64,000 nt of DNA from Candidatus Bathyarchaeota archaeon (GCA_963826715.1 CAWGYA010000008.1:1229930-1293929), one strand, 5' to 3'; shown: positions 10,331 to 21,194, counted from the first letter of the stretch. A program made the numbers and translations. Notes: a model not told the origin generated them from the sequence alone.

Positions 10331-11110
10331 CTATAGATAATCGCTGTTAAATGCGGGTTCATTTGCGACAGACGCGATGACCTTCGCGGCGAAATCTTCC
10401 TGCTCTTTTTCTCCGCTAACGGCTATCCAAACTGAGCCTTCTGCACCGCAGACGCCTCCAGAGGCAATTAACTCAACGTTTGCTGCGGTTAGCGCTGCCA
10501 AAGCATCCAGCTCCGTGAAGACTTCTGCTGCGGGAAGCGGCATCAGACGGTAACCTCCTGCGTTTGGGGCATTTAGCTTTGTCGTGAGCTTGGTTAGGTC
10601 GCCTTCGATACGTTTCTCTAAGCCCACAGGAACAATTAGGCGCACCCGCCGCCCTACAATGGCTGGAACAGCCAAGCCGATGGTTCCTGCTTTGGGGTGA
10701 CCGACAAGAACCGCCGCCTGCCTGCGAGGCAAATCTAATGCGTTGGCTCCTTTCACAATAACGTCGCCTTCGCTGAGCCTATCCACTACGTCCTCGAGCC
10801 TCTGGTCTCTATGCCACACGCAATGGTCAATTACGACATCCCCTGGGAATTTGCTTTCATCCGCCAGTCGCCCCTCAGTTGTGACAGGCAGATTTGGAGG
10901 TAAATTTAGACCTCGGAAGAAGTGTTTTCTTGAGAAGTCGTTTGCGATTTTGTGGGTTTTTAGAATTTCTTCAGCTACATAGCCGTTGGTTGTTCCAGCA
11001 ACGATTACGGTTGTTCCGTGTTTTAAGGCTTTTTTTATGGCGGGGTGGTTTGCGATTGTTTTTGCAATAAGGCGTTTCCCGGCTGAGGGGGTTATTAGGA
11101 ATTGTTTCAA
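10331..11110 (-). CDS. conserved hypothetical protein
   Basis: 259-aa ORF with SD (AAAGGAG) and globular composition (GTTNGYV, KGANA, PVGLEK); function not recognised. Confidence 0.75.
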   Translation of the reverse strand: MKQFLITPSAGKRLIAKTIANHPAIKKALKHGTTVIVAGTTNGYVAEEILKTHKIANDFSRKHFFRGLNLPPNLPVTTEGRLADESKFPGDVVIDHCVWHRDQRLEDVVDRLSEGDVIVKGANALDLPRRQAAVLVGHPKAGTIGLAVPAIVGRRVRLIVPVGLEKRIEGDLTKLTTKLNAPNAGGYRLMPLPAAEVFTELDALAALTAANVELIASGGVCGAEGSVWIAVSGEKEQEDFAAKVIASVANEPAFNSDYL

Positions 11111-11364
11111 GGGGTTAGATCTCCTTTACTTCTGTATCTGGTTGTTGGATATTATAAGAATATAGTGTAAATGCCCGCCACTATTCTGTTGCTTATTTTT
11201 GTTTATCAGTTTCTAATAATCAAAATAATTAAGCTTGACCTAACTTAGCAAAAAACTAAAGAATAACTACATTTCTGATCCAATAGACTCAAAAAAATGA
11301 TCAAGAAATTACAAAAAATAAAAAAGAAAATTTGAACTAACTCGAAAGATGAATAAGCTTACGC

Positions 11365-11508
11365 TTAATATCTTCGTGGTGGTCTACGTTTAGAGTAGCA
11401 TTCTCGGCAGTAAACTGGCCTTGTACCGTCCGGCTTGAAAGGAACATCGCATTCTTTTCCGCAGTCGGCACAAGTTGCCTTGTGCATCTCTCTGTTACCA
11501 TATGACAT
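11365..11508 (-). CDS. CxxC-x17-CxxC zinc-finger microprotein (47 aa)
   Basis: Hand translation MSYGNREMHKATCADCGKECDVPFKPDGTRPVYCRECYSKRRPPRRY*; below the ORF-track cutoff. Confidence 0.9.
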   Translation of the reverse strand: MSYGNREMHKATCADCGKECDVPFKPDGTRPVYCRECYSKRRPPRRY

Positions 11509-11794
11509 TTCGCTATTTCACTTCCTACTTACTTGCTGTGTAGAAATTTCTCTCTGCACATTACCCCACATAGACCAACTCGATACTTATAAATTGCGTG
11601 CTTTCTAAAGGGGAATTAAACGTGTGAAAAGCACTCTTTCAAAGATTTGGATGTTGACAACCAGTGATACAATCAATAGTCAACCTAATATAGGAAGGAT
11701 CCACATATACAGAAGTTATTCAATCGAGAAAAAGAAGGCATACGGCTTAACCCTTGGCTTTTTCTCATATTTCAATAGGGCAAGAGAAGGCAAA

Positions 11795-12439
11795 TTGAGA
11801 CAGAAAAAATCAACTTTAGGCGAACATTTAGCTTTACTTTCCGTAAAATACAACGTTTACCCCAACGAAGTCTTCCAGGCTCTTGTTTTAGCTAGTAAAA
11901 ATGAGAAAGCAGTCTGCGGTAATCTCTCCATAGAGTACCGTGGCAAAGTAAAAGGCGAAACCATTTTTCTTATCACCAAAGACAGCGATGTTGTTGCACA
12001 ATTCCGTGTTCAAGAAGAATTTCTGCTCCGAAAGGACAATCCATTCGAAAGCTGGATGAATACTGATAAAATCAAGAAAAAACTTGCAAAGCAAAATACT
12101 GAATCAGTTTACAGTCACATTCGAGATCTTCGGGCGGGCATGAAACATATTAACCTAAAAGCTAAAGTTCTGGAAGTCCCCAAACCAGCGCAGGTCCATA
12201 CTCAATTTGGTAATACTGTTATGGTTGTAAACGCTCTTGTTGGTGATGGTTCTGATAAAATAAAACTCTGCCTCTGGGAAGGACAAATAAGTGGCATTAC
12301 AATAGGAGACAGTATTGAACTCAAGAACGGGCAGGTCTGTGTTTTCCGAGGCGAAAAGCAGTTGCGCTTGGGCAAGAGCGGATCGCTTTGTGTTCTTGCG
12401 CATGATCAACATGTTAAGCCGCTAGCAACCGTCCGTTAA
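11795..12439 (+). CDS. protein with unknown N-terminal domain and C-terminal SSB/RPA-like OB fold
   Basis: C-terminus IRDLRAGMKHINLKAKV...VGDGSDKIKLCLW...NG resembles the SSB at 41290. The start is probably TTG 11795 (track start 11624). Confidence 0.75.
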   Translation: MRQKKSTLGEHLALLSVKYNVYPNEVFQALVLASKNEKAVCGNLSIEYRGKVKGETIFLITKDSDVVAQFRVQEEFLLRKDNPFESWMNTDKIKKKLAKQNTESVYSHIRDLRAGMKHINLKAKVLEVPKPAQVHTQFGNTVMVVNALVGDGSDKIKLCLWEGQISGITIGDSIELKNGQVCVFRGEKQLRLGKSGSLCVLAHDQHVKPLATVR

Positions 12440-12934
12440 GCAAGCAAGTTCAATTCCCTTAAAAGCTGGGCAACTTAATCCCAAATACGTGAATTTTCAT
12501 GACTTCAATAAACATTGTTTTTCAGCCCATTACTTATTAAAAAACTGCTGCCACTAACAACGAGGTCAAAGAAATAACTGTTACTTCATAGCTTTTTGCT
12601 ACCGATCCAGTTCTCTGAAGTTCTAACGGGCATAGAAAACTTTTCGCGTTTTTTGTGATTTTTTACTTAATAAAATTACTAAGACAACCGCTCAATCTGT
12701 TAATTAAAATATTAGGCAGAGCTGTTTTTCCGTTAATAGGCATTTTTCGCACCCGAACAATGTTTCGCCAAATCGCATAGTCTTACCCTTAATGGAGTTA
12801 CGACAGGTTTAAGACAATGTTTTATCGGTTTGAGTACTTCGATAGGGAGCACCATCATTGAAATCGAACCCATAAACCTGGGGTAAAGCCAGAAAACTTA
12901 AAGGCTCCCACCGTGGGGAGAAAACTCTATAACA

Positions 12935-13453
12935 CTAAATTAATTCGGCTGCACCATACCGAGAATCTATGGCTTTGAGGAGTGCTTTCCTTAGGTTCTC
13001 GCCAATGAGTGCTGTTTTTTTTAGAGCCACAACTACATCAGCTAGTTCTTTATCGTCCAATACATTGCGGAACCAGTTCTCAAAATCGTTCCGATAGAGA
13101 TGAAATTCAAGAGCGTCAGAACACACCTGCCGAGTCAGCTTATAGAACTCTTCGAGTGAAGAGGCACTAAAACCTAGCGGTTTATTAACGCCTATATAGA
13201 ACTGAAAAGTCTTATCCTCAGGCACCTGCAAGACAAAGTTGAGCGAATTTTTACCTTTGTCTGTCAAGCCGAAACCACCACCGACTCTTTGCAGGAAACC
13301 TTCAGTTGCCAATTGTTGCACCATCGCTATTGTTTGGCTAGGAGTTAAGTTGACGGCTTCTGCGAACATGTTTATGTCCATTCGGTTAGTTGCTTCATGC
13401 ATGGTTTTCAAGATTTTTAGATGTGTCTCATTCAAGGATCGTCGCCTCAACAT
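12935..13453 (-). CDS. winged-HTH plus DUF5752-like domain protein
   Basis: N-terminal wHTH-like segment; C-terminal FQFY.G...G..ASSLEEF...LEFHLYRNDFENW motif. Confidence 0.65.
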   Translation of the reverse strand: MLRRRSLNETHLKILKTMHEATNRMDINMFAEAVNLTPSQTIAMVQQLATEGFLQRVGGGFGLTDKGKNSLNFVLQVPEDKTFQFYIGVNKPLGFSASSLEEFYKLTRQVCSDALEFHLYRNDFENWFRNVLDDKELADVVVALKKTALIGENLRKALLKAIDSRYGAAELI

Positions 13454-13551
13454 CCATTATACAGTGGGGGCAATTTAAATGTGTTAATGCCAGTTGAAAG
13501 CAAATGATAAATTATTTTACTCTCTAAAATAACATTATCATGTGAAACTTT

Positions 13552-13875
13552 ATGATGCCCCAATTCTTAATTGTTTTAGTCACAACCAAAGACAAGGCAG
13601 AAGCAGACAAAATTAGCCAAACCTTACTATACGAGAAGCTTATTGGATGCGCCAATATCATCAATCCCGTTTCATCTTGCTTTACTTGGGAAGGAAAGAT
13701 TAACCGCGCTGAGGAATGCCTTGTTATTATGAAGTCGCGTATAGATTTATTTAAGGAGTTATCGACTCGTATTTGTTCCTTGCATAGTTACGAGGTACCT
13801 GAGGTTTTAGCATTGCCGGTGGTTGATGGCTCAACGGATTATTTGAATTGGATGAATGCTAATCTAAAAAAATAA
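13552..13875 (+). CDS. cutA: divalent-cation tolerance protein CutA
   Basis: LIGCANI, WEGKI..EE, HSYEVPE, YLNW. Confidence 0.92.
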   Translation: MMPQFLIVLVTTKDKAEADKISQTLLYEKLIGCANIINPVSSCFTWEGKINRAEECLVIMKSRIDLFKELSTRICSLHSYEVPEVLALPVVDGSTDYLNWMNANLKK

Positions 13876-13956
13876 TCCATAAACCCAGTTTTTTCCTTCT
13901 TTAACCACTCAATTATGGTCAGTGATAAATATTGCATTTATCTATGATAAAATCAG

Positions 13957-14985
13957 ATGCAAACAATTAAACGACATAAATTTCTGGTTACGGTTACTCT
14001 TTTGTTGAGTACAATATTGGTTTTTTCAATAGTAGTTTTCGCCCAAAATATTCCTCGAATTCTATCACCGACTCCAACTCCCTCCCCGGCTTATTCACCG
14101 ACTCAAACCCCCATCCATAGCACACCAACTTCTACGATTCCCCCAAATCCAAGCTTGACAGCTTTACCCACGCATATTTTTACTTTTCCTCCCCCATCCC
14201 CAACATATATAATTTATCTCTACCCAGGTGAAGTCACTCAGTATTCGGGGATAAATTTAACGCCGATTTTGACCTATTCGCAATATATCATAGAGCATCC
14301 TGATGTGGCGATTGCTGGGGCACAGTACATTGACAATGAAACCTATCGCTTGTCGATAACTGGATTAGTAGATAATGCTCAAAGCTACACTTACCCCGAG
14401 GTAGTTGAAAACTTTAATTCGACGTTGCAAGTGGCTACACTTCCATGTGTTGAAGGCTGGAGTGTGACTATGCTCTGGCAAGGTGTTAAAATAATGGATC
14501 TTCTCCAACAAGCAGGTGTAATGTCGAGCGCCAATACTCTTATCTTTTTTGCGTCCGATGGTTACTCCTCATCTTTGCCGCTTCAGTACATATCCCAAAA
14601 CAATATTATGATTGCCTATAAAATGAACAATGTTACTCTAACACCTCAGTTGGGTTATCCCTTCTTTTTGGTAGCTCAAAACCAATATGGTTACAAATGG
14701 GTGGAGTGGATAACTTCGATTGAAGTGTCAGATAATTCGAATTATCTCGGGTACTGGGAAAGTCGGGGCTATCCAAATGATGCTACTGTTCAAAACTTCT
14801 CAGGGGTGCCTGAGATGTTACATGATAATCCAGTTTCCATTTCTATAGCAGTGAGCTTAATAATATTTTTAGTAGTTGGGGGTGTGTTAATTTTTTCTCA
14901 GCGATCAAAGAAGACTTCATATCAATCAGATCCAATTCGGTTCATTGATGGCAAGAAGTCTTTTGATGGAAATGTAGTGATTTGA
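13957..14985 (+). CDS. membrane-anchored molybdopterin-dependent oxidoreductase (sulfite oxidase/MsrP-like)
   Basis: LPCVEGWS (Mo-Cys), DGYSSSL, GYP..L, GYKWVEW, GYWESRGY; N-terminal signal/TM plus Pro/Thr linker; C-terminal TM. Confidence 0.85.
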   Translation: MQTIKRHKFLVTVTLLLSTILVFSIVVFAQNIPRILSPTPTPSPAYSPTQTPIHSTPTSTIPPNPSLTALPTHIFTFPPPSPTYIIYLYPGEVTQYSGINLTPILTYSQYIIEHPDVAIAGAQYIDNETYRLSITGLVDNAQSYTYPEVVENFNSTLQVATLPCVEGWSVTMLWQGVKIMDLLQQAGVMSSANTLIFFASDGYSSSLPLQYISQNNIMIAYKMNNVTLTPQLGYPFFLVAQNQYGYKWVEWITSIEVSDNSNYLGYWESRGYPNDATVQNFSGVPEMLHDNPVSISIAVSLIIFLVVGGVLIFSQRSKKTSYQSDPIRFIDGKKSFDGNVVI

Positions 14986-14996
14986 TACGGGTACAA

Positions 14997-15027
14997 TGTA
15001 CACTAATGTGCAGATAAGCCTTAAATA
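14997..15027 (+). promoter_or_regulatory. putative TRP-box pair (TGTACA-N4-TGTGCA) and TATA box upstream of trpE
   Basis: TGTACA at 14997-15002, TGTGCA at 15007-15012, TTAAATA at 15021-15027. Confidence 0.45.
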
Positions 15028-15091
15028 ATGCGCAGAAGTATGATTGTGAACTAATGAGGCATGAACTGAATGGGGAATCGTATTTGGCACT

Positions 15092-16492
15092 ATGCCAACA
15101 CAAATACAAACCCAAATCAAACCCTTAAACTACGTCAAATTTAGTTACACCAGCAACCCCTTTAATATCTTTTCAAAGTTGCACCAAAAATACCGAATCG
15201 CTTACCTTCTTGAATCTATCGAAGGTCCTCAAAAACTGGCCCAATTCTCTTTCTTAGGGTTCAATCCAAAAACAACTATAAGCGCCAAAAACGGTGAAGT
15301 TACAGTAACCGACACAAAAACGGGCAAAACCATTACCCACCAGACCTGTGACCCCTTCCAAATCATCCAGCAGCAGCTCGCCCCCTACGACAATGACATG
15401 GTGAACTTTCGCTTCGTCGGTGGCGCCTTAGGTTATGTAGGCTACGACGCAATTCGCTATATCGAAAAACTTCCCGCTCAAAAACCAGACACGCTTGAGT
15501 TTCCCGACGTGGAAATGGGAATTTTCGAGGACGGTTTCGTGTTTGACCACACCATCAATCAGGCGTACTATTATTTCCGCGGCGAAAACCGCCTATCCGA
15601 AATCGAGGCGCTTCTAAAAGAACCGTCTGAGAAAGAAGAGCCTTTTGCCTATACGGAGCCTCTGGTGAACAGGTCAAAAGGGGATTTTGAGGCAGCAGTT
15701 GAGAAAGCTAAGCATTACGTAACGGCAGGCGACATCTTCCAAGTCGTGCTTTCTAAACGCTTCGAGTTCCAGTACCGGGGCAGCCTGCTCGCCTTCTATC
15801 GGAGCCTGCGTCAGATTAACCCCTCACCATACATGTTCTACTATAAAGCGGGCAGCCGCCAAATCGTCGGCGCCAGCCCAGAGATGCTGGTGCGCGTGGA
15901 CAGCGGCAAAGTGGTGACTTTCCCCATAGCGGGCACCGCACCCTACACCACCAACACAGCCGAGAATCTTCGGCTGGGCAAGGAGTTGCTCTCTGACCCC
16001 AAGGAGCGGGCTGAGCATGTGATGCTGGTGGATTTGGCACGCAACGATTTGGGCAGAATCAGCCGCTACGGCAGTGTTTCTGTGCCTGAGTTTATGCAGG
16101 TTCACCAGTTCAGCCACGTCCAACACATCGTCTCCCAAGTCGTTGGCGACCTCAAAGACCATTTGGAGAGCTTTGACGCGCTAAAAGCCGTATTTCCAGC
16201 GGGCACCGTTTCGGGCGCGCCCAAAGTCCGCGCTATGGAAATCATCGAGGAACTTGAGCCCTCACACCGCGGTCCATACGCTGGTGCCGTGGGCTACTTT
16301 AGTTGTAATGGCAACTCGGACTTCGCAATAACCATCCGCACCCTCTTCGCACAGGATAACCACGCCTACATTCAGGCTGGCGCAGGTATCGTGGCAGACT
16401 CCGTGCCCGAAAAAGAGTGGTTTGAAACCGAACACAAAGCCGAGGCGCTTATGAAGGCTCTATCGCATGCATCAGGAGGCAAAACCCAATGA
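15092..16492 (+). CDS. trpE: anthranilate synthase component I
   Basis: LLES, GDIFQVVLS, NPSPYM, SPEMLV, PIAGT, KERAEHVMLVDLARND, FPAGTVSGAPK. Confidence 0.96.
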   Translation: MPTQIQTQIKPLNYVKFSYTSNPFNIFSKLHQKYRIAYLLESIEGPQKLAQFSFLGFNPKTTISAKNGEVTVTDTKTGKTITHQTCDPFQIIQQQLAPYDNDMVNFRFVGGALGYVGYDAIRYIEKLPAQKPDTLEFPDVEMGIFEDGFVFDHTINQAYYYFRGENRLSEIEALLKEPSEKEEPFAYTEPLVNRSKGDFEAAVEKAKHYVTAGDIFQVVLSKRFEFQYRGSLLAFYRSLRQINPSPYMFYYKAGSRQIVGASPEMLVRVDSGKVVTFPIAGTAPYTTNTAENLRLGKELLSDPKERAEHVMLVDLARNDLGRISRYGSVSVPEFMQVHQFSHVQHIVSQVVGDLKDHLESFDALKAVFPAGTVSGAPKVRAMEIIEELEPSHRGPYAGAVGYFSCNGNSDFAITIRTLFAQDNHAYIQAGAGIVADSVPEKEWFETEHKAEALMKALSHASGGKTQ

Positions 16493-17079
16493 AAGTTTTG
16501 ATAATTGATAACTATGATAGCTTCGTTTACAACCTCGTCCAGTACACTGGTGAGCAGGGCGCAGAAACCGTGGTTTACCGTAACGACCAAATCACTTTGG
16601 AGCAAGCTGCTGCCCTCAAACCCGACCGCATCGTTATCTCGCCTGGACCCGGCACCCCCGAAGATGACAAGTTTTTCGGTGTCTGCAAAGCCATCCTCCA
16701 AACACTAAGTCACAACATACCCACCCTTGGTGTTTGCCTTGGGCATCAGGGCATCATCTACAGCTACGGCGGTAAGGTGGTACATGCTAAAAAGCTGATG
16801 CATGGCAAAACCTGCATCATAAGCCACAGCGGCAAAGCCCTCTTCGACGGCGTCCGAAACCCGTTTAGCGCCACACGCTACCACTCATTGGCGGGCGAGC
16901 GCAGCAGCATACCCGACTGTCTTGAAATCACCGCCGAAGCCGTAGATGACGGAGAAATCATGGGCATCCGCCACCGCAAATTCCCAATCTACGGCGTGCA
17001 ATTCCACCCCGAAAGCATACTGTGCGAGGATGGTAAAGTCATAATAAGAAACTTCCTCAAAGGAGAGAATTTGCCGTGA
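16489..17079 (+). CDS. trpG: anthranilate synthase component II
   Basis: IDNYDSF, SPGPG, GVCLGHQ, RYHSL, QFHPES. Confidence 0.96.
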   Translation: MKVLIIDNYDSFVYNLVQYTGEQGAETVVYRNDQITLEQAAALKPDRIVISPGPGTPEDDKFFGVCKAILQTLSHNIPTLGVCLGHQGIIYSYGGKVVHAKKLMHGKTCIISHSGKALFDGVRNPFSATRYHSLAGERSSIPDCLEITAEAVDDGEIMGIRHRKFPIYGVQFHPESILCEDGKVIIRNFLKGENLP

Positions 17080-18128
17080 TACGTGAGAGCATCGCAAAGC
17101 TCGTCGAAGGCAAAGCTCTTAGTTTCGTGGAGTCGGAGGCGGTAATGGCGGAAATCATGACCGGAAAAGCCACCAACGCGCAAACCGCAGCTTTCCTTAT
17201 TGAATTGCGTCTCAAGGGCGAGTCGGTGGAGGAACTTTATGCGTTTGCGTCTGTGATGCGTGCGTATTGCCGCCAAATTCACCCCAAAGTCAGCGGGCGA
17301 CTGTTGGATACATGCGGAACAGGCGGCGACAAACTCAAAACTTTCAACGTCAGCACGACGGCGGCGTTTGTGATTGCAGGTGCAGGCGTAGCCGTGGCAA
17401 AACACGGTAACCGCGCAGTTACTTCCTGCAGCGGCAGCGCCGACGTACTGGAACGCCTCGGGTTCAACCTATCCCAATCTCCTGAAGAAGTAGAAGCAGC
17501 CATTGAGCGCGTAGGTGTGGGTTTCATGTTTGCGCCCACCTTCCATCCTGCCATGAAGCACGTGGCTCCGGTGCGCCGCGAAATCGGCATCCGAACAGTC
17601 TTCAACGTGCTAGGACCATTGACTAACCCCGCTAACGCTTCGGTGCAGTTGCTGGGTGTCTATGACCCCACGCTTGTGACTCAGCTGGCTGCGGCTTTGG
17701 AGCGGCTGGGGTGTAGTGAAGCCCTCGTGGTGCATGGAATTGATGGGCTCGATGAGATTTCCACGGTCGGCAAAACCGTTGTTGCGCATCTTAAAGACCG
17801 CGAAATAACCGAATCCGAGATGTCGCCAGAGGATTTTGGTGTCAAAAAAACCACCGTTGCCGACTTGCAGTGTACCTCGGCTGAGGAGAGCGCACAGGTA
17901 ACCATTAAAATCCTCACTGGGCAGTTGCTGGGCACGCCAAAAAGCGACATAGTACTCGTCAATGCCGCAGCAGGCATCATTGTAGGCGGGAAAGCCTCTT
18001 CGTTTGCTGAGGGCATGGAGTTAGCCCAAAAATCTATCATCAGCGGTGCAGCTTACAGTAAATTAAGTAGTCTAGTGAAAATGTCAGGTGGCAACCTTCA
18101 GAAGCTTGAGGAGTTTGAGCGTTCATAA
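17076..18128 (+). CDS. trpD: anthranilate phosphoribosyltransferase
   Basis: DTCGTGGD, NVST, KHGNR, GSADVL, RTVFNVLGPLTNP, DGLDE. Confidence 0.96.
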   Translation: MIRESIAKLVEGKALSFVESEAVMAEIMTGKATNAQTAAFLIELRLKGESVEELYAFASVMRAYCRQIHPKVSGRLLDTCGTGGDKLKTFNVSTTAAFVIAGAGVAVAKHGNRAVTSCSGSADVLERLGFNLSQSPEEVEAAIERVGVGFMFAPTFHPAMKHVAPVRREIGIRTVFNVLGPLTNPANASVQLLGVYDPTLVTQLAAALERLGCSEALVVHGIDGLDEISTVGKTVVAHLKDREITESEMSPEDFGVKKTTVADLQCTSAEESAQVTIKILTGQLLGTPKSDIVLVNAAAGIIVGGKASSFAEGMELAQKSIISGAAYSKLSSLVKMSGGNLQKLEEFERS

Positions 18129-18904
18129 CTGATTTTCTTGACACACTCGCGAAAGATGCATTGGACAATATTGAGGGCGGATACTACAAGCACTACCGAA
18201 CCGTTAAACCCGTCCAAGCCAGCCTAAAAGCTGCTGTTTTAACCAACAAAGCCAACGCTGTTATAGCTGAAATAAAAGCGGCTTCCCCCTCCGCGGGAAC
18301 CATCCGTAGCACCGTGGACGCGGCAGCCATGGCGCAGGCGATGCAGAGAGGCGGTGCAGCAGGCTTATCAGTACTCACTGAACCCAAACACTTCAAAGGG
18401 TCATTGCAGGCGCTAAGCCAAGCCCGAGTAGCCGTGAAATTGCCCATCCTCATGAAAGACATTGTCTTGATGCAAAAGCAAATCGAGGTTGCCTCCAAGC
18501 TGGGTGCTAATGCGGTGTTGTTGATAGAGGCGCTTTTTGATAGAGGCTACTGCGACGTTGATGACGTCGAGCAAGCTATCGCTAATGCACATGGTTATGG
18601 TTTAGAGGTGCTGCTTGAGGCGCACACCGAGACAGAATACCTAAAAGCGGTCCAGACCAAAGCGGACATAGTCGGAATCAACAACCGCAACCTAGCTACG
18701 CTAAAAATCGACTTAGACACCACCAAAACCATCCTGCAACGGCACGGCAAACACGGCAAAACCGTGATATCTGAAAGTGGTATCAACACAGCCTCTGACC
18801 TGCAGTTTCTCCGCGGATGCGGTGCAGACGGGTTTCTGGTTGGCTCAAGCATTATGTCAACTGCGGATGTTGAATTGAAAGTTAAGGAGTTTGTGCAAGC
18901 ATGA
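18125..18904 (+). CDS. trpC: indole-3-glycerol phosphate synthase
   Basis: [37 protein letters not shown]. The typical N-terminus (TDFLDTLA) begins at ATA 18125; the first near-cognate start is TTG 18161. Confidence 0.93.
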   Translation: MTDFLDTLAKDALDNIEGGYYKHYRTVKPVQASLKAAVLTNKANAVIAEIKAASPSAGTIRSTVDAAAMAQAMQRGGAAGLSVLTEPKHFKGSLQALSQARVAVKLPILMKDIVLMQKQIEVASKLGANAVLLIEALFDRGYCDVDDVEQAIANAHGYGLEVLLEAHTETEYLKAVQTKADIVGINNRNLATLKIDLDTTKTILQRHGKHGKTVISESGINTASDLQFLRGCGADGFLVGSSIMSTADVELKVKEFVQA

Positions 18905-20097
18905 ACCTAAGCAACTACCCCATAGACGGCAAATACGGCAAGTACGGCGGGCGCTTTGTCCCCGAAATCCTTATGGAAGCTATTACCCAGCTCGAAAAAG
19001 CCTACAGCGAGGCAAAGGCTGACCCGGAATTCCAGCGGCAACTCGACTATTACCTCGCTGAATTCGTCGGACGACCCACACCGTTATACCTTGCCGAAAA
19101 CCTTACCTGCAAACTGGGGGGCGCAAAAATCTACCTCAAACGCGAAGACCTCGCCCACGGCGGCGCACACAAAATCAACAACACCCTCGGACAGGCGCTT
19201 CTCGCCAAGCGGATGGGCAAAAACCGCGTGATCGCCGAGACAGGCGCAGGTCAACATGGCGTAGCAACCGCGATTGCCTGTGCTGCGCTGGGGCTTAAAG
19301 CCGTCGTGTTCATGGGCACGGAGGACTGCAAGCGCCAACGCCTAAACGTTTTCCGCATGAGATTGATGGATGCCGAAGTACACCCCGTCGAATCTGGCTC
19401 CAAAACGCTTAAGGACAGCATTAATGAGGCGTTCCGTGACTGGGTAACCAACATCGAATCCACCTACTACCTCATCGGCTCCACAATGGGACCGCACCCT
19501 TACCCCATGATTGTCCGCGACTTCCAAAGCGTCATCGGAAAAGAGATCAAGCAACAATTTAAAGCCAAAACAGGTGGCTTACCAGATGCACTGGTAGCAT
19601 GCGTGGGCGGTGGCTCTAATGCGATGGGCACATTTTACCCCTTCGAAGACGACACCTCAGTAAAGCTCTACGGCGTCGAAGCGGCAGGCGAAGGCATAGA
19701 GACGGGGCGTCATGCGGCGACGTTGGCGGCTGGCAGCGAAGGTGTGTTCCACGGCATGTACACTTTCATTCTGCAGGACCGAAACGGGCAGATCCAACAC
19801 ACCACCAGCATCTCCGCGGGTCTTGACTACCCAGGCGTGGGACCAGAGCATTCGTTCCTAAAGACACTAAAGCGGGCACAGTACGCTTACGCAGACGACA
19901 AGGAAGCGGTGGATACTTTTCTTTTACTCTGCAAAGAAGAAGGCATTCTGCCCGCGCTGGAATCTTCCCATGCCCTCGCATACGCGGTCAAGTTGGCACG
20001 CCAGATGCACAAAGACCAATCCATCGTCGTCACCCTCTCAGGTCGCGGCGACAAAGACGTAGAAACAATAGCAGACTACATAGGTGCAAAAATATGA
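18901..20097 (+). CDS. trpB: tryptophan synthase beta chain
   Basis: [52 protein letters not shown]. Confidence 0.98.
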   Translation: MNLSNYPIDGKYGKYGGRFVPEILMEAITQLEKAYSEAKADPEFQRQLDYYLAEFVGRPTPLYLAENLTCKLGGAKIYLKREDLAHGGAHKINNTLGQALLAKRMGKNRVIAETGAGQHGVATAIACAALGLKAVVFMGTEDCKRQRLNVFRMRLMDAEVHPVESGSKTLKDSINEAFRDWVTNIESTYYLIGSTMGPHPYPMIVRDFQSVIGKEIKQQFKAKTGGLPDALVACVGGGSNAMGTFYPFEDDTSVKLYGVEAAGEGIETGRHAATLAAGSEGVFHGMYTFILQDRNGQIQHTTSISAGLDYPGVGPEHSFLKTLKRAQYAYADDKEAVDTFLLLCKEEGILPALESSHALAYAVKLARQMHKDQSIVVTLSGRGDKDVETIADYIGAKI

Positions 20098-20903
20098 GTA
20101 AAATAAGGCACGTCTTCCAGAAAGCCAAAGCTAACAGCGACGGTTTGCTCATCGGCTACATAACTGCAGGCGACCCCACCCCTGAACAGACACCCAAAAT
20201 CGCAGACGTCCTCGTACGAGGCGGCGTAGACATTCTAGAGATAGGACTGCCTTTTTCCGACCCCATCGCGGATGGACCCACCATCCAAGAGGCGAGTCTG
20301 CGTGCGCTTAACGCGGGCACCACGCCTATGAAGGTGCTGGAGATCGCAGCAGAAATCAAAAAAGCACATGGCATCCCACTGGTAATCATGACCTACTACA
20401 ACCCCATACTCCACTTGGGTCTCGACAGCTTCTTCGCAGCAGCCAAAGCCGCGGGCGTAGACGGCTTTATCACACCTGATTTGCCCGTGGAAGAAGCCGC
20501 GGACTACCGCAAAGTAGCCGCCGTAAATGGCTTAGACACAATATTTCTTGCGTCCCCCGCCACCTCAAACGAGCGTTTAGCCAAAATTGTGGATGCTTCC
20601 TCGGGCTTTCTGTATCTGGTGTCGCGGTTCGGCGTCACGGGCGCGCAGAGCAACGTGGCGGAATCGACGGTGCAACTCATCAGGCGGGTGCAGCCCTATA
20701 CAGTAGGTAAGTTGCCGTTGGCGGTTGGGTTTGGCATCTCAAAACCCGAACACGTCCGGCGCGTGATCGAGGCAGGTGCGGACGCCGCCATCGTAGGGTC
20801 TGCATTCATCAACATAACCCAAAAACACCACGGCAATACCGAGGCTATGCTTAAAGACTTGAAGGCAACTGTTTCAGTGTTGAAGGCAGCCACAAAAATA
20901 TAG
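20094..20903 (+). CDS. trpA: tryptophan synthase alpha chain
   Basis: [39 protein letters not shown]. Confidence 0.97.
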   Translation: MSKIRHVFQKAKANSDGLLIGYITAGDPTPEQTPKIADVLVRGGVDILEIGLPFSDPIADGPTIQEASLRALNAGTTPMKVLEIAAEIKKAHGIPLVIMTYYNPILHLGLDSFFAAAKAAGVDGFITPDLPVEEAADYRKVAAVNGLDTIFLASPATSNERLAKIVDASSGFLYLVSRFGVTGAQSNVAESTVQLIRRVQPYTVGKLPLAVGFGISKPEHVRRVIEAGADAAIVGSAFINITQKHHGNTEAMLKDLKATVSVLKAATKI

Positions 20904-21077
20904 TTCCATTCTGGTGATCAAAAAGCTGCCTGCGGAAGTCGCCTCAACCAGCAAGCAACCCACAGCAAATGTGGAACCCAAAAAAAGCAATTATCTCTCA
21001 GAGCACGAGAAGATGAAGAGTAAGGGGGACTCGCCTTCTTCTTTATACTAAAAATTAATCTGGAAAACTGCGTAATC

Positions 21078-21194
21078 TTAGCTGTCATCGTCCAAGCATT
21101 CTAGGCACATGCCATCGCATTTTTCGTAGTATAGCTTGATTATTTCTCGACCGCAAGCTTCATCAAAGTTTTTGGTTGCGCTCCTGTTATGCAT
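21078..21194 (-). CDS. possible small Cys-rich protein or remnant (38 aa)
   Basis: MHNRSATKNFDEACGREIIKLYYEKCDGMCLECLDDDS*; CG...C.GMCxxC pattern. Confidence 0.3.
   Translation of the reverse strand: MHNRSATKNFDEACGREIIKLYYEKCDGMCLECLDDDS

Noticed and set aside
14060-14205. Repeat-like DNA in the Mo-oxidoreductase gene
   Set aside because: It encodes a Pro/Thr/Ser linker and is not an independent repeat element.
15070-15144. Possible trp leader peptide (MGNRIWHY...)
   Set aside because: Only one Trp codon, it overlaps trpE out of frame, and no attenuator hairpin is visible.
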